NCBI RefSeq assembly: GCF_006345805.1
Contig: NC_043000.1
Coordinates: 155,558,001-155,622,000, forward strand
Direction of reading: 5' to 3'
From: Octopus sinensis
Taxonomy: Eukaryota
Length of the DNA stretch: 64,000 nucleotides
Shown here: in pieces, positions 1 to 14,036 of the stretch
Layout: every line of letters begins with the position of its first letter
Numbering within the stretch: position 1 is the stretch's first letter
Program-made: the position numbers and the translations under genes
Notes under the pieces: model-generated
The model's input: only the letters and a program-made list of their open reading frames with translations
Database searches by the model: none
Told to the model about the DNA's origin: nothing

Positions 1-305
1 TATGAATAAAGTGATACAAAAATGGATGAATTAAGAAAGTGTGTTCGAGTCAAGAAACAGAAACATAAACTAAAACATACTTTCCTGTTCCTTGCGAAAC
101 GAAAGACATTTTTACCACTTTGGCACATAAAGTAATTGAATCAATTCTTATACACAAAAATGCTATTGATTGTCCCCAATACGATATTGTTTCTATCCAA
201 TTTCTCTGTTAGATTTATTACCTTTTACCATGTATATTTAGAAGTTTTCAGCCCCGTGTTTGAGAGAAAACATCCAATTATTATAAACACAAAACAGCAC
301 GTGTC

Positions 306-344
<39 letters not shown>

Positions 345-394
345 AACTACATATATAGAGACAGACATACTGACAGAGGCAGGGCAATAGGTTG

Positions 395-435
<41 letters not shown>

Positions 436-468
436 TATATATATTATATATATATATATATTATATAT

Positions 469-500
<32 letters not shown>

Positions 501-619
501 GTGTGTGTGTGTGTGTGTGTGTGTATACATATATATAGATATTCATATAAATATGCACAAATTCGTTTGAATATGCATACAAAAGAGTTGCAAACGTAGA
601 TATAACTGCAAGTTGTGGT

Positions 620-2150
620 TCTTATTGCGTACTAAACTTCTAGAATATCGTACATGTTTTGACAGTGGCTTTGACAGTTTGTAGCTGTAAGCTTTTACTT
701 ATGCATGCTTTTCCTTCTGGCTATGTGAAACTCGGGTTTTTAAGATTGGTCTTGATGTAGTTAGACAAATAATGAAGTGCTCCAATGATTATTCGTAGAA
801 ACATTGAGTCCAGATGGACTAACTGCAAATTTCTCATCCCTTTTATTTTTCACCATTATTTAGCCCCATGTTGACATTTTGGCAAGTGATTTAAATTACT
901 GGGCATAGGGTTCTTTTTTTAATATCCTAAATCATTATTCCTTTTCTCCTATGCTTACGATTTATTGGAATCTTGATTAGAACACTCCTCAAGTATTTTT
1001 TCATATTATGTGTGACTATCTCGTCACATCTCTGTAGTTGTTCACACTTGTCTCCTTAACATTATCCTTTCGGTAGATTTCGTTGTATAATGTTCTAGCC
1101 ACTTCATTGTGTCTCAAAGTTAGGTTATGCCATGATAATATTTTCGGACAGCTACATATAATGTGGGTGACATCTTCATCGTATCTAGGTGGATTATCCT
1201 CATCCCGACCAGTTTTCTTCACCAGTTATTTTGATGTTATTTCCTGCTTCTCTGTTGCAAATGCATATCTTTCAAAATGACATCTAATATCTTGGCTGTT
1301 CATCTAGGAAAGACAACTCTGGTGATCAGTGATGTAACTTTGAATCTTTCTGAAGATAGTCATGCATGCCCTTGTGCTATGTATATATCTTCTTTTACAA
1401 AGTTGCAGTTGGATTGAGCAACTTTGCTGCGCTTACATCTCTTATCATCAGACAAAGAATACATTCTGAGATATGTTTCTAGCTTTTATGATACTTCTAG
1501 CTTCATGAATTGCTACATGGGCAGATTTCGACATTCGGTAGTTAATATATATTTATTTCACTACTGCCCACAAGGGGCTAAACACAGAGGGACAAACGGA
1601 TTATGTCGATTACATCGACCCCAGGGCGTAACTGGTACTTAATTTATCGACCCCGAAAGGATGAAAGGCAAAGTCGACCTCGGCGGAATTTGAACTCAGA
1701 ACGTAACAGCAGACGAAATACGGCTACGCATTTCGCCCGGCGTGCTAACGTTTCTGCCAGCTCGCCGCCTTGTTAATAGATATTGTCGAACGTATATGAG
1801 TTGACGTTAAGATGCTTCCATAGAAGTTTAGCTACTACCGTTTTGTTTCAGTTTTAAGATAATGTGGAAATTTCTGGCATGGGTCCTGTTAATGTGGAAA
1901 CTTCTGGTATGGGTCATAAATTTTCGGGTTTTAACATCAGTAGCCTGGTTATCTTCTAGTGTCCAATCAAATAGCTTAAATTTTTATGAGAGAACAGCAA
2001 ACACATAGAAGTAGTTGAATTAATGTATGCAGAAGGTTTATTAAATCATATTTCCCTTATCCTGGCGTTATATTCCCCGGTTGCATATTGCTTATTACAG
2101 GCTGCATCACGGGAAATATTTTCGTTCATAACTAAGTGCACGTAACAGTC
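620..2150 (-). mobile_element. Decayed RLE-type non-LTR retrotransposon (R4/Dong-like), RT C-terminus to endonuclease
   Basis: ORF 1016-1222 has THIICSCPKILSWHNLTLRHNEVARTLY (zinc knuckle + RHN motif). KTRKFMTHTRSFH near 1900 and IIIGAL near 780 are on the same strand. Many stops; interrupted by a SINE. Confidence 0.7.
1554..1771 (-). mobile_element. tRNA-derived SINE, family B (Deu/Nin-like central domain)
   Basis: Reverse complement reads ggcggcgagctggcagaaacgttagc...gagttcaaattccgccgaggtcgactttgcctttcatcctttcggggtcgataaattaagtacc. 13-bp TSD gttaata(t/g)atatt at 1541-1553 and 1772-1784. Confidence 0.85.
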
Positions 2151-2194
2151 TTCATTTTAAATCTGAAAAATAGAAAGGCTACTTGATACAAACG

Positions 2195-2690
2195 TTACTA
2201 GATACTTTATACTTTGATACTTTGATAGGTTTCGGCCATTATTGGCCCAGGCCATGTCTAACTTAATAGCACCACCTGGTGAAGTCTTTCAAGTCAATTT
2301 GGGCACTATGGCCCACTCAAGTAGAGAGTTATTGTTTACAGAGACATATCCGGGTGTAGGAGGTTTATCCGGGATTTCTTGAAGGAATCTGTCCAAAGAC
2401 TTCTTGAACCCTATAGGGTCTGTTTCTGGTGTAATGTTAAAGAGAGCGGGGCCAATTGAGGTGAAATAAGTGTGGCGTATTGTTGTTATGAGATGAGAGT
2501 GCGATTTTTGTTGTGGGCGGATGGCACGGGGCCTAAGCCTTGGATGTACCTTAAAGGTGATGCCAACATCATTTGGGCAATGCTGATGGAATATTTTCCA
2601 CATCATGCAGATGATGTAGCGCTCACGGCGACGTTGGAGTGAATAAAGTTCTGTCTTGTTTAACAAATATGAAAGAAAATTTATCTATGT
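2195..2690 (-). mobile_element. CR1-like LINE 3' fragment
   Basis: ORF 2289-2666 LYSLQRRRERYIICMMWKI...GPALFN...FKKSLDRFLQEIPDKPPTPGY matches CR1 ORF2 C-terminus. 3' tail of short (atcaaagt)-like repeats. Confidence 0.8.
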
Positions 2691-2825
2691 CTCTGTATCC
2701 TAACTAGACCAAGATCTTTATTTCATGCTAGTCATATTCTTGGCATATGTTTCCTGATTGTTCACAAAGAAGTAATACGTTAGGTAGATGTTCGTCTTCC
2801 TCTTAGTTTTCTTTTAAAACAAGGA

Positions 2826-3231
2826 CTCTTTTTACTCTTTTACTTGTTTCAGTCATTTGACTGCGGCCATGCTGGAGCACCGCCTTTAGTCGAGCAAATC
2901 GACCCCGGGACTTATTCTTTGTAAGCCCAGTACTTATTCTATCGGTCACTTTTGCCGAACCGCTAAGTGACGGGGACGTAAACACACCAGCATCGGTTGT
3001 CAAGCAATGCTAGGGGGACAAACACAGACACAAACACACACACACACATATATATATATACATATATACGACAGGCTTCTTTCAGTTTCCGTCTACCAAA
3101 TCCACTCACAAGGCATTGGTCGGCCCGGGGCTATAGCAGAAGACACTTGCCCAAGATGCCATGCAGTGGGACTGAACCCGGAACCATGTGGCTGGTTAGC
3201 AAGCTACTTACCACACAGCCACTCCTGCGCC
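2826..3231 (-). mobile_element. tRNA-derived SINE, family A (CORE-like, internal TA/TG microsatellite)
   Basis: Head ggcgcaggagtggctgtgtggtaagtagc...gggttcagtcccac (A/B-box like), ccttgggcaagtg core, tail atgactgaaacaagtaaaagag. Many near-identical copies in the window. Confidence 0.9.
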
Positions 3232-3419
3232 TATAAATACATTACAAATAGACTGTCCTCTTGAAATACTGTATCTTGAAATACTGCGATACTGTATCTT
3301 CAAAACAGTAGCCCAAGGCGAAGTCAAGTTGTCTATGGTCTTCATTACAGTATCTCTATCTTTGGAATATAAGAGGGACTCTAGCAACCACAAGCAAAGA
3401 TTTGAACTGAAGGTTTTTC

Positions 3420-3451
<32 letters not shown>

Positions 3452-3829
3452 TGCATGTATGTATGTATGTATGCGTATGTATGTATGTATGTTTGTATGT
3501 ACGTATGTATGTATGTATGTATGTATGTATGTATGTATGCATGCATGTATGTATGTATGTATTTATGTATGTATGTATGTATCTATGCATGCATGCATGT
3601 ATGTATGTATGAATGTATGTATGTATGTATGTATGTATGTATGTATGTATGTATGTATGTATGTATGTATGCATGCATGTATGTATGCATGCATGTATGT
3701 ATGTATGTATGCATGCATGTATGTATGTATGTATGTATGTATGTATGTATGTATGTATATATATATATATATGTATGTATGTATGTATGTATATATATAT
3801 ATATATGTGTATGTATGTATGTATGTATA

Positions 3830-3865
<36 letters not shown>

Positions 3866-3871
3866 TATATA

Positions 3872-3907
<36 letters not shown>

Positions 3908-3945
3908 TGTATGGATTGATGGATGGATGGATGGATGATTTGCAT
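3420..3945. repeat. (TATG)n compound microsatellite
   Basis: About 520 bp of tatg/tgca/tata units ending in (GGAT)n; source of several spurious ORFs. Confidence 0.95.
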
Positions 3946-4557
3946 GCATGAAAAATTTCTCAATTAAGTACAGTTCACGACACAAGTTCGACCTGATGTC
4001 TACGATATACCATTAGAAACTATCTTTACTGAAAATCTATTTTACTTTGTTCCATGTTTTCATAATCGCTTGACAATAAAAAAACAAATAAGAATAACGA
4101 TTTCTGTAGTTTCAGTTCCGAAAAAAAAATGTTTTTTTAAAATGTAATGTTTTAAGAAGTGAGTTTTAATTTTCCTTCTTGTTCAAGCTTAGTTATCAAC
4201 ATACTTGTTTGTTTCTTGGTGCATGTGTGTGTATGTGTGAGTGTGTGAGCGTGAGCATACAGATATGAGTCTGTGAGATGTGGGTTCACATATATGTGTG
4301 TGTGTATGTGTATATATGTATATGCACATATATAGACATGTATATACACACAATTTATATTTATACATATGCATATACAATATATATATATATAAACCAA
4401 TCAGCTTAAGTGATTGAGTGATACCACACACTGATTGGTCAGAATACAGTTTGCAAAACCTAGCAATCTGGAGCCTACACAGGTTTATTTAAGGCACAGA
4501 TTTAACCATCTCGCTACAGTCAAAAATTGTGAAAGCATGACTGTCACCACTACTACA

Positions 4558-4602
4558 TGAACCTGAAGATTGCATAATTTAATGCATGAAAGTACTAGTC
4601 CA
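4558..4602 (+). ncRNA. Minimal type I hammerhead ribozyme fold (canonical core)
   Basis: tgaac-CTGAAGA-t tgcat aattta atgca t-GAAA-gtac-TA-gtcca. Palindromic stem III AGTACT, 5-bp stem II, stem I with one mismatch. Lies in a ~340-bp module (4393-4730) between (TA)n tracts. Confidence 0.7.
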
Positions 4603-4726
4603 ATCTGAATGAACATTTAACATTCTATTATTTTATTTTATTTTATTATATTATATTATCTTATATTATATCATTATAAGATTGTAAATAAAACGTGAAA
4701 ATCAGACAAGGTTGGAATTCCTTTTA

Positions 4727-4776
<50 letters not shown>

Positions 4777-4937
4777 TATACGACAAGAAATACTTTTTGC
4801 CTCTTTTTATGGAGACAAAAGGGTTTATAAGACTGCAAAAAAGAAGTACTCTAATGGAATTGAGACAGAGATAAAAAGAAGCGTGGTGTTAGATAAAGTC
4901 ATCGACACGAATGTGATGTTTGTTCTCTAATCATTTT

Positions 4938-6025
4938 TTCTCTACTACATATGTGGAAAATCGGTGTGTGTTTGTTTGTGGCGTTGTTAGCTAACTCCTC
5001 CTACATCGTGTTATTGACTATGATGAAATTTCACACGTGAGTAAAACCCATGTCTGGAAACCTCGTGACATATTTTGATTGTTCAAAAAGTCGATAATAC
5101 AGCCCCTGGTGCGGACCTTTATATTTACCTCATTTAACTAACTTTTTTTAACATTCAAGGGAAATAACCCATATCACCTATACAAGTTTTTTGTAAACAC
5201 TGAAGGGAAATAACCCACTTCATTGTTTATATTCGATTACTTTGAATATTGATTTTTTGTGTGTCCTATTTCTAATTTTTGCAGACAATATCACTTTTAT
5301 ACTTTATTTGACATGTGAGTAGAAACCTGGTGACATACTTAGATTGTTGAAAAAAATCTATAATAGGGCCTTTCGAACGGATCCTGCTTTCTACTACATA
5401 TTGCTAATATTTTATCTAAACAACCCAGGGGAAATAAGCCATATCCCCTGCAGATTTTAGCGAAGCGATCAGTATTTGATTTTCACGATCAACCGACCTA
5501 ATTCTGCATTTCACTACTCACAGTTTTGAACTGCTAAGCATTATTATTTGAATCTTAAACCTTAAAGACTTCATTCATACATTTCTATACATACATACTT
5601 TTTTGAATGCCCATTACTCCGATAATTCTGCATTTTTACAGTTACACTTTTTCCATGACAGTAGATATTTTTTTTATTCCACAACGTAATTGTAGCGGCT
5701 TCATGCAGGCATAGCGTGGATTTGATCCTCGATTGCTACATTTCACTTAACACTTCAACAGCGCTTTTCTCATGGTAAAACAATAGTTTTTCTGCGAATG
5801 ACATCAATTATACGTTTCCCAGATGCCTTCGCTAAGCTGAATAATGTCTTTGCCTCTCACAAACCTCCAACAATCTTTCTCTCCTCCAGCTGACAGTTTT
5901 TTTTTTGTACTTTTTCGCCACGGAAAATACACCTTTTGTGGCAGTTATAACGAAATTGCTTTCTTATATCAGGTGTTTCAATAGAACGTTTTTACACCCG
6001 GGAATGACCGGGTACACCAGCAAGT
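4938..6025 (+). mobile_element. Non-autonomous Helitron-like element
   Basis: 5' tctctactacatatgtggaaaatcggtgtgtgtttg; 3' hairpin cccgggaatgaccggg followed by degraded CTAG (caagt). Confidence 0.6.
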
Positions 6026-6063
6026 ATATGCATATATATATATATATATATATACATATACTA

Positions 6064-7398
6064 CGAGGGTGAGTAAAAAGTAATGCCATTTTGTTTAGGA
6101 TAGATATAATTATCAACACAGGAACACGTATCATACATTAAAATGAAGCCGGTCCTCTGTGGATCACATCCCTACTTCTCTACATAGTCACCGTTTCTCT
6201 TAATTGCAATATTCCACCTTCGACTGAGAACATATATCCCTGCCCAGTAAAATTCTGTTGACTGTCCTTTGACTCATTTCTTCATTACAGTTTTCACTTC
6301 CTCGTCACTGGAATAATGTTTGCCTCTCAAACCCTCTTTCATGGGGCCAAAGAAATGATAGTCTGAAGGCGCTAAATCTGGTGAGCATGGATGATGTGGT
6401 AAAGTTGTCCACTCGAATGAGGCAATTGTCTCCTCTGTCCTGATGCTTGTATGTGGTCGAGCATTGTCATGCAGAAGGAGGACATTGTCGATTGGCAAGT
6501 TGGGTCATACTCGTCGGATTCTTGCTCTGAGCCTCGTGAGGGTCTCGATGTAGGCCTCAGAAGAGTTTATTGTTTTTTTCTTTTGGCAAGAAATTGATCA
6601 AAATGACATCTTGATCATCCCAAAAGACAGTCGCATGGCTTTTCCGGCTGACTTTTGCGTCTTGAACTTTTTCGGTGGAGGTGACGTACAGTGGCGCCAT
6701 TCCATTGACTGGCTCTTTGATTCCGATTCATAATGATGAACCCATGTTTCATCACCTCTTACGAGCCTTCGAAAGAAGGTATTGTCTATTTGACTCTGCT
6801 CGAGAAGTGCAGTGCCGGCACTGACCCTGTTAGTCTTGCGCTCGGTAGTCAGCTCTCTCTCGGTACCCAACGGGCACACACTTTTGAAAAGTCAAGTGAT
6901 TCGACAATGTTGTAAGCACTTCCATGGCTCAAGGTTTTCTGCCAACTCATCAAGATTTATGCGCCTGTCTTCTCTGATCAGAGCATCTGATTTGGCTTTA
7001 TTGATAAGATTCACAAAAGTGAACGGACGACCAGAAGGGGGTTTATCGGCTACACTCACAGTTCCCACCTTTTCGTCTTTCAGACTACGGCCCCACCTGC
7101 ATACATTGCTATAATCTAAAGTATTGTCGTCAAAGACATCTTCTAATCATCGGTGAATGTTCACAGGGGTTTCCCCCTCAGGAACATGAAATTCAGTCAC
7201 TGCTCTTTGTTTTGACGTAACTCCAAGGGGGCAGCCATTTTGAATTTTCCTTACCAGTCTAAAAATCTGAAAAGTAAGAAACAAAATATTCCAGAACGTA
7301 AATGATATATTCATTTATAACTGGGAAAATTTTCAGCTATTTTATCAAAACCTTGACGTGAAATAAAGAAAATGGCATTACTTTTTGACTCACCCTTG
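6064..7398 (-). mobile_element. Full-length decayed mariner (DD34D) transposon
   Basis: ~30-bp TIRs (cgagggtgagtaaaaagtaatgccattt / aaaatggcattactttttgactcacccttg) and TA TSDs. Motifs GDETWVHHY, LLHDNARPH, HPCSPDLAPSDYHFF are split by frameshifts. Confidence 0.95.
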
Positions 7399-7405
7399 TA
7401 TACAA

Positions 7406-7467
<62 letters not shown>

Positions 7468-7468
7468 T

Positions 7469-7555
<87 letters not shown>

Positions 7556-7624
7556 TATACATATACATATACATATATATATATATATATACTTTATTTT
7601 AAGCAGCAGAAAATTCAACAAAAT

Positions 7625-7662
7625 CTGTTACTCTGAGTTTCTCGTTGCCGTTCATCAGACAG
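7625..7662 (-). ncRNA. Minimal type I hammerhead ribozyme fold (canonical core)
   Basis: Minus strand: ctgt-CTGATGA-a cg gcaa cg a-GAAA-ctcagag-TA-acag. 4-bp stem I, tiny GNRA stem II, near-palindromic stem III. Module ends in (TA)n at ~7592. Confidence 0.75.
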
Positions 7663-8741
7663 TTTTTGCTAGAATGGAATCGATATATCAATTCAATCTA
7701 GACTCTTACAAACGCTACACCTTTAAAAAGAAATGGACTTGTTTGATTGGCCCTTTAGAAAAAAACGGTCAATCTTCGAGCGATAAACAAAAAGGTCAAA
7801 AATATATGTATATATATATAAAAAATTATATAAAAATTATAAAATCCGAGGAAAAACCTTACATTGAATAAAATACATATTGACATTAATGAAGAAAGTA
7901 TAAATTAATTCATAGGAATTAAACCTGTTATAAATATTACACTGCAATACATATTTTTATTAAAATGTGCATATATATATCAATATACACAAAAAGGATG
8001 CGCGCCAACGCCATACATATACAGACGTATGAATATAAATCTAAAGATACACATAAATGCATGTGTACATATATTCACGCAAAACCATCTCGCACGCAAG
8101 TTAAAAATCATGTATGTAGCGATTCTCATATACTGAGTAAGGGGGGGGGGGGAAACGAAAGAAAGGAAGAGAGAGAAAAAGGAACGAAGGAGGGGTGGGG
8201 AAAAAACCAAATAAGAAAAAATTATGTATACAATCTGTGTAACGGCGTTATTGGCATATATGGGGACAAGTATACAAACAAGTTCGTATGGATACATACA
8301 TACAGTCGTGTATATGTGTGCTTAAGCACAAACATACTCTCACTTACACATACACAGATACGCATGCTTACAAATACATATCCTCGGCTATACACATACT
8401 TACATCAACATTTTAATTTTGACAACATTGCTTTTTTTTGAAAAAAACATTGCTTTTTTTTAAAAGAATGGGTGCATTAATAAAAATATATACGAAAGAC
8501 ATATAAAATAAAATATAACACCCTATTTTGGATCATTTATAAATAATCAAGGTAATATAAATAATCAAGGTAATCCTATACAATACAGTAACCTGAAAAC
8601 AGGGTCGAAGGTTTTTCCTGATGTATATGTAGAAACATAAGACTTTGCTATACGGATTAAGATCCGCATAGCTTGGAAAACAAAATCCATTGTAGCGCTC
8701 ATCGTTCAAGAGTCAAAATCAAAATTTCAAAACTCAAAAAT

Positions 8742-8795
<54 letters not shown>

Positions 8796-8927
8796 ATATA
8801 TATATACATATGCATACATATACGTGCATATACATGCATATCTATCTATGTATCTACATATCTATCTATCTAGCTATCTCCTCCCCCTTCTCTCTCTCTC
8901 TCTAAATATATATATATATAATATATA

Positions 8928-8975
<48 letters not shown>

Positions 8976-9539
8976 ATATAATATATATATATATGCTCAC
9001 ATATACATATTTGTACATATACATGCACATTACACCCATACACACATAGTTAACAAGGACAATAGCTAACCAGGATGAAACGCGAAAAATAACTTTTTAC
9101 TACACATTATCAAAGACCCGTTGGCAGTATATGTCTACTCTATTGAATGCGCTGCTTAACAATATGTTATATCCGACTATGAATGCAGTAGTTGGGTGTG
9201 TATGAGATTGTTGTATGAAAGTTATTGGTTAATTAGAAGCAATATAGTTAACTATAAAAACATTCTCAACAATACTATCCTGATGACAGGCAATACATTA
9301 ATATCAGCACCTGAGCGACAATAAAAAGCTTCAGGTAAATCGCAACATTTTGCTAAGATGATAAAATAGAGAAATAAAAAGAAATTAATGATAATTATTA
9401 TATTACTACGAGGATAAGTGCTACCGATAAGAATAATAATGATTTCTAACATAGATACAAGATGACAAACCCTGATAGAAAATACACTTGATAATATATT
9501 CGACTTTAGTATAGAGCCAGTATATATTTTAACCATGAG

Positions 9540-10330
9540 TAGGCGGCGATCTGACAGAAGCGTTAATGACATTTCTCCCGTCATTACGTTGTGAGTTCAA
9601 ATTTCGCGGAGATCGACTTTGCTTTTCGTCCTTTCTGTATCGATAAAATAAATACCAGTTGAGTACTGAAGGATTGATGTAATCGACTTACTCCTCCTTT
9701 GAAATTGCTGGCCCTATGCCAAAAATTTTAAATCATTATTTTAACTATGCGAGGGCGACGATCTGGCAGAATCCTTAACACGCCGGGCAAAATGCTTAGC
9801 GGTATTTTGTCTGCCGCTACGTTCTGAGTTCAAATTCCGCCGAGGTCGACTTTGCCTTTCATCCTTTCGGGGTCGATTAAATAAGTATCAGTTACGCACT
9901 GGGGTCGTTATAATCGACTTAATCCGTTTGTCTGTCCTTGTTTGTCCTCTCTGTATTTAGCCCCTTGTGGGTAGTAAAGAAATATGTATTTCGTCTGCCG
10001 TTACGTTCTGAGTTCAAATTCCGCTGCGGTCGACTTTACCTTTCATTCTTTCTGGGTCGATAAATTAAGTACCAGTTACGACTTAATCCCTTTGTCTATC
10101 CTTGTTTGTTCCCTCTATGTTTAGCCCCTTGTGGGCAATAAAGAAATAAGAATCGTTAACCCGTCGGACAAAATGTCTAGCAGCGTTTTATCCGTTTTTA
10201 TATTCTGAGTTCAAATTCCGCCGACGTCAACTTTAATTTTCATCCTTTCGGGATCGATGAAATAAGTATCATTTGAACAATTGGATCGATGTAATCAACC
10301 ACCCCGCTCCCCAAAACTAGGTCTCGTGCC
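9540..10330 (+). mobile_element. Four tandem family B SINE copies of differing divergence
   Basis: gagttcaaattccgccgaggtcgactttgcctttcatcctttcggggtcga motif recurs at ~9595, 9825, 10010 and 10205. Confidence 0.85.
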
Positions 10331-11006
10331 TTCATTGGGATGGATTATTTTTAACTAAGTGGAAAAATGAAAGCAAAGAGATTTGAAATCAGGAGATAAA
10401 GTGAATACTTCATTGTATTTACTAGGGGGTGCTGTTAACTATGATTTTATTCAACATATTCCTCTCTCAGATTCAGACACTTATTGCAGTACACTTTCAG
10501 TTTTTCTAACCCTGCGAAAGAACTCGGAAGGTTGGGCCTCTATCCAGGCCCTCTCATGATACCTTTAAAGCCAGGAACTTTTCAACACCGTTTCTACCAC
10601 CTGCCTCACTTATTGTTTATAAATTAGTTACAATGCAGGAAATTTGGTGTGAACTATTTAATCGATACCATCAACCCCCAGATCTTGACTGACACTTTAT
10701 TTCAAATCTCTTTAACTTATTTCACTGTTGAGGCTAAAAGCACTGAACATTGATTATTTCTGCTTTCTTTGCTAATTCTTGAGATCTATTTTAAATTTAA
10801 TATTGTAGACACTCTTACCTCATTTTTGGTCAACACATCCCAGCACATAAACAGCCAAACGAAGGTCAATATAACGCTGTTAGTGTTTCCATTACCCAAG
10901 CCAGTTTTGTATGTCAGTAATTTCCGGTAATAGTACAGCAGAATAAGGAACGACAACTCAATCGAACGCGACAGTTGCAGTTCAAGTGATGGTGTGCATA
11001 TCTGTG

Positions 11007-11237
11007 TGCGGCGAGCTGGCAGAAACGTTAGCACGCCGGGCGAATTACTTTGCGGTATTTCGTCTGTCTTTACGTTCTGAGTTCAAATTCCGCCGAGGTC
11101 GACTTTGCCTTTCATCCTTTCGGGGTCGATTAAATAAGTACCAGTTATGCACTGGGGTCGATATAATCGACTTAATCTGTTTGTTTGTCCTTGTTTGCCC
11201 TCTCTGTGTTTAGCCCCTTGTGGGTACTAAAGAAATA
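11007..11237 (+). mobile_element. Family B SINE with 16-bp TSD
   Basis: Full head-to-tail copy flanked by ggtgtgcatatctgtg at 10991-11006 and 11238-11253. Confidence 0.92.
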
Positions 11238-11449
11238 GGTGTGCATATCTGTGATAGATAACGAAGTTATTCATGATATGGCTTAGAATTTGATGAATAA
11301 AAGGGCGATGTATGTGTCTAGAATATATTCTGCATCTCTGGAAAAAAATAAATCGTTATTCAACGTAATTTTTCACATTCTTAATAATCTTAATAAACGC
11401 CTGGAGTTTATCATTATTTTGCCCACCAAAACAAAGCAGGCTCAAATAA

Positions 11450-12700
11450 CCATTAACCATTAGAGGAATATATTTATTTTAAAACTATTTATCTACCACA
11501 AGTCGAGACAGCTAACATTCAAGTACAATATCCGGAGAGAAAATAACCCTGATAGTGAAGTGATTTTGGATACCAATGGAATAGTTAATTTATGATCAAA
11601 ACAGAAATCAAACTGAAAAATAGAATTCATAAAAAAAAACGGAAACTACAATCAATGAAAACAACTCAAACAATAATACAACAAACTCTGGAAACAAAGA
11701 TCACGAAGATAAACGTAGAGCAAGAGAAGAAGCAAAATAATAGAATACGAGAAATCAAAGATCAGCATATTTACAGAATATCGACGAACAAAGACAGAAC
11801 TCAAACTACACGAATGAAAATAAGTACAAAAGTGAATAAGAGAAAGATTTAAAAGTAGACAGCTATAAAGCTAAAAAAGTTGAATATGACAATAATCTAA
11901 AAGTGGAAAAAGTCAAAGATTTTAAATCGATACATCTACTTATGGACGAACGAAATACCCCCATCCTAAACTTATTGATGAGACAGAACAACAATAAAAA
12001 CACTAACTAGGCCATCATAAATATATTGGAAACAGATGCAAACTTCAATATCACCAGGATAAATAATCTAATATCATATATCATATACGAACATCTAAAT
12101 CTAACGAAACAACATAGAAAATAAACTTGCAAAAGAAGAAGATAAAGAAAATGTACCTCAATGCTTAATGAGATCGACAAGAAAATGGCATAAATTATAA
12201 AAGAATAAAACTATGGATAAATACAACAGATACAGAGATAGGGCACGAGAGAAATACGATGGAACCAGAATCAAATAGAACCGAAAAGAATCTGAGTTTG
12301 AAAAGTGATATTTTTAAAAAAAAACAAGCAGTTTATCTCCAACTCCTGACGATTTTAACCGGAGCTAGGTAAAAACAAATCAAAAATTAATAAACAATCA
12401 GAAAAGCAAAGATTTTGTCCGAAGAGGAGCAGAGAAAGCGGATTGTTTGCCATGAAAGAGGGTGTTAAAAACAGCAGCAAGCCTCGACAGACAACTCATA
12501 AAAAGACGTTAGAAATACAGCCCAGAATGTAAAGAATCCAAATAAAAGCGTTAACTTCCCTACAAACAAGATGGGCCATAGCAGAAATATCTAACCGGTA
12601 GCCATCGGTTGATGATATAGAAATAATACTTGAATGGCTCACCAAGTCATTGAAAGCAAATCCCTGAAATTACAGGCCTTTACTTTTCTGAAGACTACAC
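11450..12700 (+). mobile_element. Highly decayed non-LTR retrotransposon fragment, possibly R4/Dong pre-RT region
   Basis: A-rich coding-like strand. SNR*PSVDDIEIILEWLTKSL near 12580-12650 resembles the RT domain-0 motif SNWKxPGxDxIxxxWLK. No intact ORF. Confidence 0.4.
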
Positions 12701-12729
12701 AACCGTAACAGTAATATTACCAGTAACGT

Positions 12730-13119
12730 GGAGGCGCAATGGCCCAGTGGTTAGGGCAGCGGACTCGCGGTCATAGGATCGCGGTTTCGATTCCCAGACC
12801 GGCGTTGTGAGTGTTTATTGAGCGAAAACACCTAAAGCTCCACGAGGCTCCGGCAGGGGATGGTGGTGTTCCCTGCTGTACTCTTTCACCACAACTTTCT
12901 CTCTCACTCTTACTTCCTGTTTCTGTTGTACCTGTATTTCAAAGGGCCGGCCTTGTCACTTTCTGTGTCACGCTGAATATCCCCGAGAACTACGTTAAGG
13001 GTACACGTGTCTGTGGAGTGCTCAGCCACTTTACACGTTAATTTCTCGAGTAGGCTGTTCCGTTGATTCAGATCAACCGGAACCCTCGTCGTCGTAACCG
13101 ACGGAGTGCTTCCATATCC
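12730..13119 (+). mobile_element. tRNA-derived SINE, family C, full length with 14-bp TSD
   Basis: Head ggaggcgcaatggcccagtggttagggcagcgg...ggtttcgattccc; tail gtaaccgacggagtgcttcc. TSD attaccagtaacgt at 12716-12729 and 13120-13133. Confidence 0.92.
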
Positions 13120-13510
13120 ATTACCAGTAACGTCACGCAAACAAAAACAACATCTAATAAACGGAAGAGACAATGTAAAAACGTACTGATGTGAAAAATC
13201 AACAAAATAATGACTGAATAGCACGGTTCGAATGTTTATTGTTGCTGTTACTTAGGCTGCGAACTGGCAGAATTATTAGAGCGTCGAAAAAAAAAGCGCT
13301 TTGTAGTATTTCTTCTGACATATTACTTTCTGAGTTAAAACTCCGCCAAGATCAACTTTGCCTTTCATCTTTTCAGGGTTGATAAAATAAATGTAAATCA
13401 AGTGCTGAAGTCGATGTAATCGATTGGTTCCCTCGCCTCAGTAATTACAACTCTTATACCAAACTTGAAAAGAATTGTTGCCACTACTTTATCATCATCA
13501 TCATCATCAT

Positions 13511-13674
13511 GTGGCTGTGTGGTAAGTAGCTTGCTTACCAACCACATGGTACCGGGTTCAGTCCCACTGCGTGGCATCTTGGGCAAGTGTCTTCTACCAT
13601 AGCCTCGGGCCGACCAAAGCCTTGTGAATGGATTTGGTAGACGGATACTAAAAGAAGCCCATCGTATATATGTT

Positions 13675-13709
<35 letters not shown>

Positions 13710-13970
13710 ATGTATTTGTATGTGTGTGTGTATGTATGTATGTGTGTGTGTATATGTTTGTGCGTCTGTGTTTGTCCTCCACCCCAAAATCGCTTGACAA
13801 CCGACGCTGGTGTGTTTACGTCCCCGTAACTTAGCGGTTCGGCAAAAGAGACCGATAGAATAAGTACTAGGCTTACAAAGAATAAGTCCTGGGGTAGATT
13901 TGCTCGACTAAAAGCGGTACTCCAGCATGGCCGCAGTCAAATGACTGAAAAAAGTAAAAGAATAAAAGAC
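13511..13970 (+). mobile_element. Family A SINE
   Basis: Matches the 2826-3231 family; followed by (GATA)n. Confidence 0.88.
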
Positions 13971-13973
13971 TAT

Positions 13974-14036
<63 letters not shown>

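Noticed and set aside
12730-12800. tRNA-like heads (also 26358, 27535, 46415, 60769 and family A/B heads)
   Set aside because: They run into SINE bodies, some with TSDs, and lack a complete cloverleaf; not tRNA genes.
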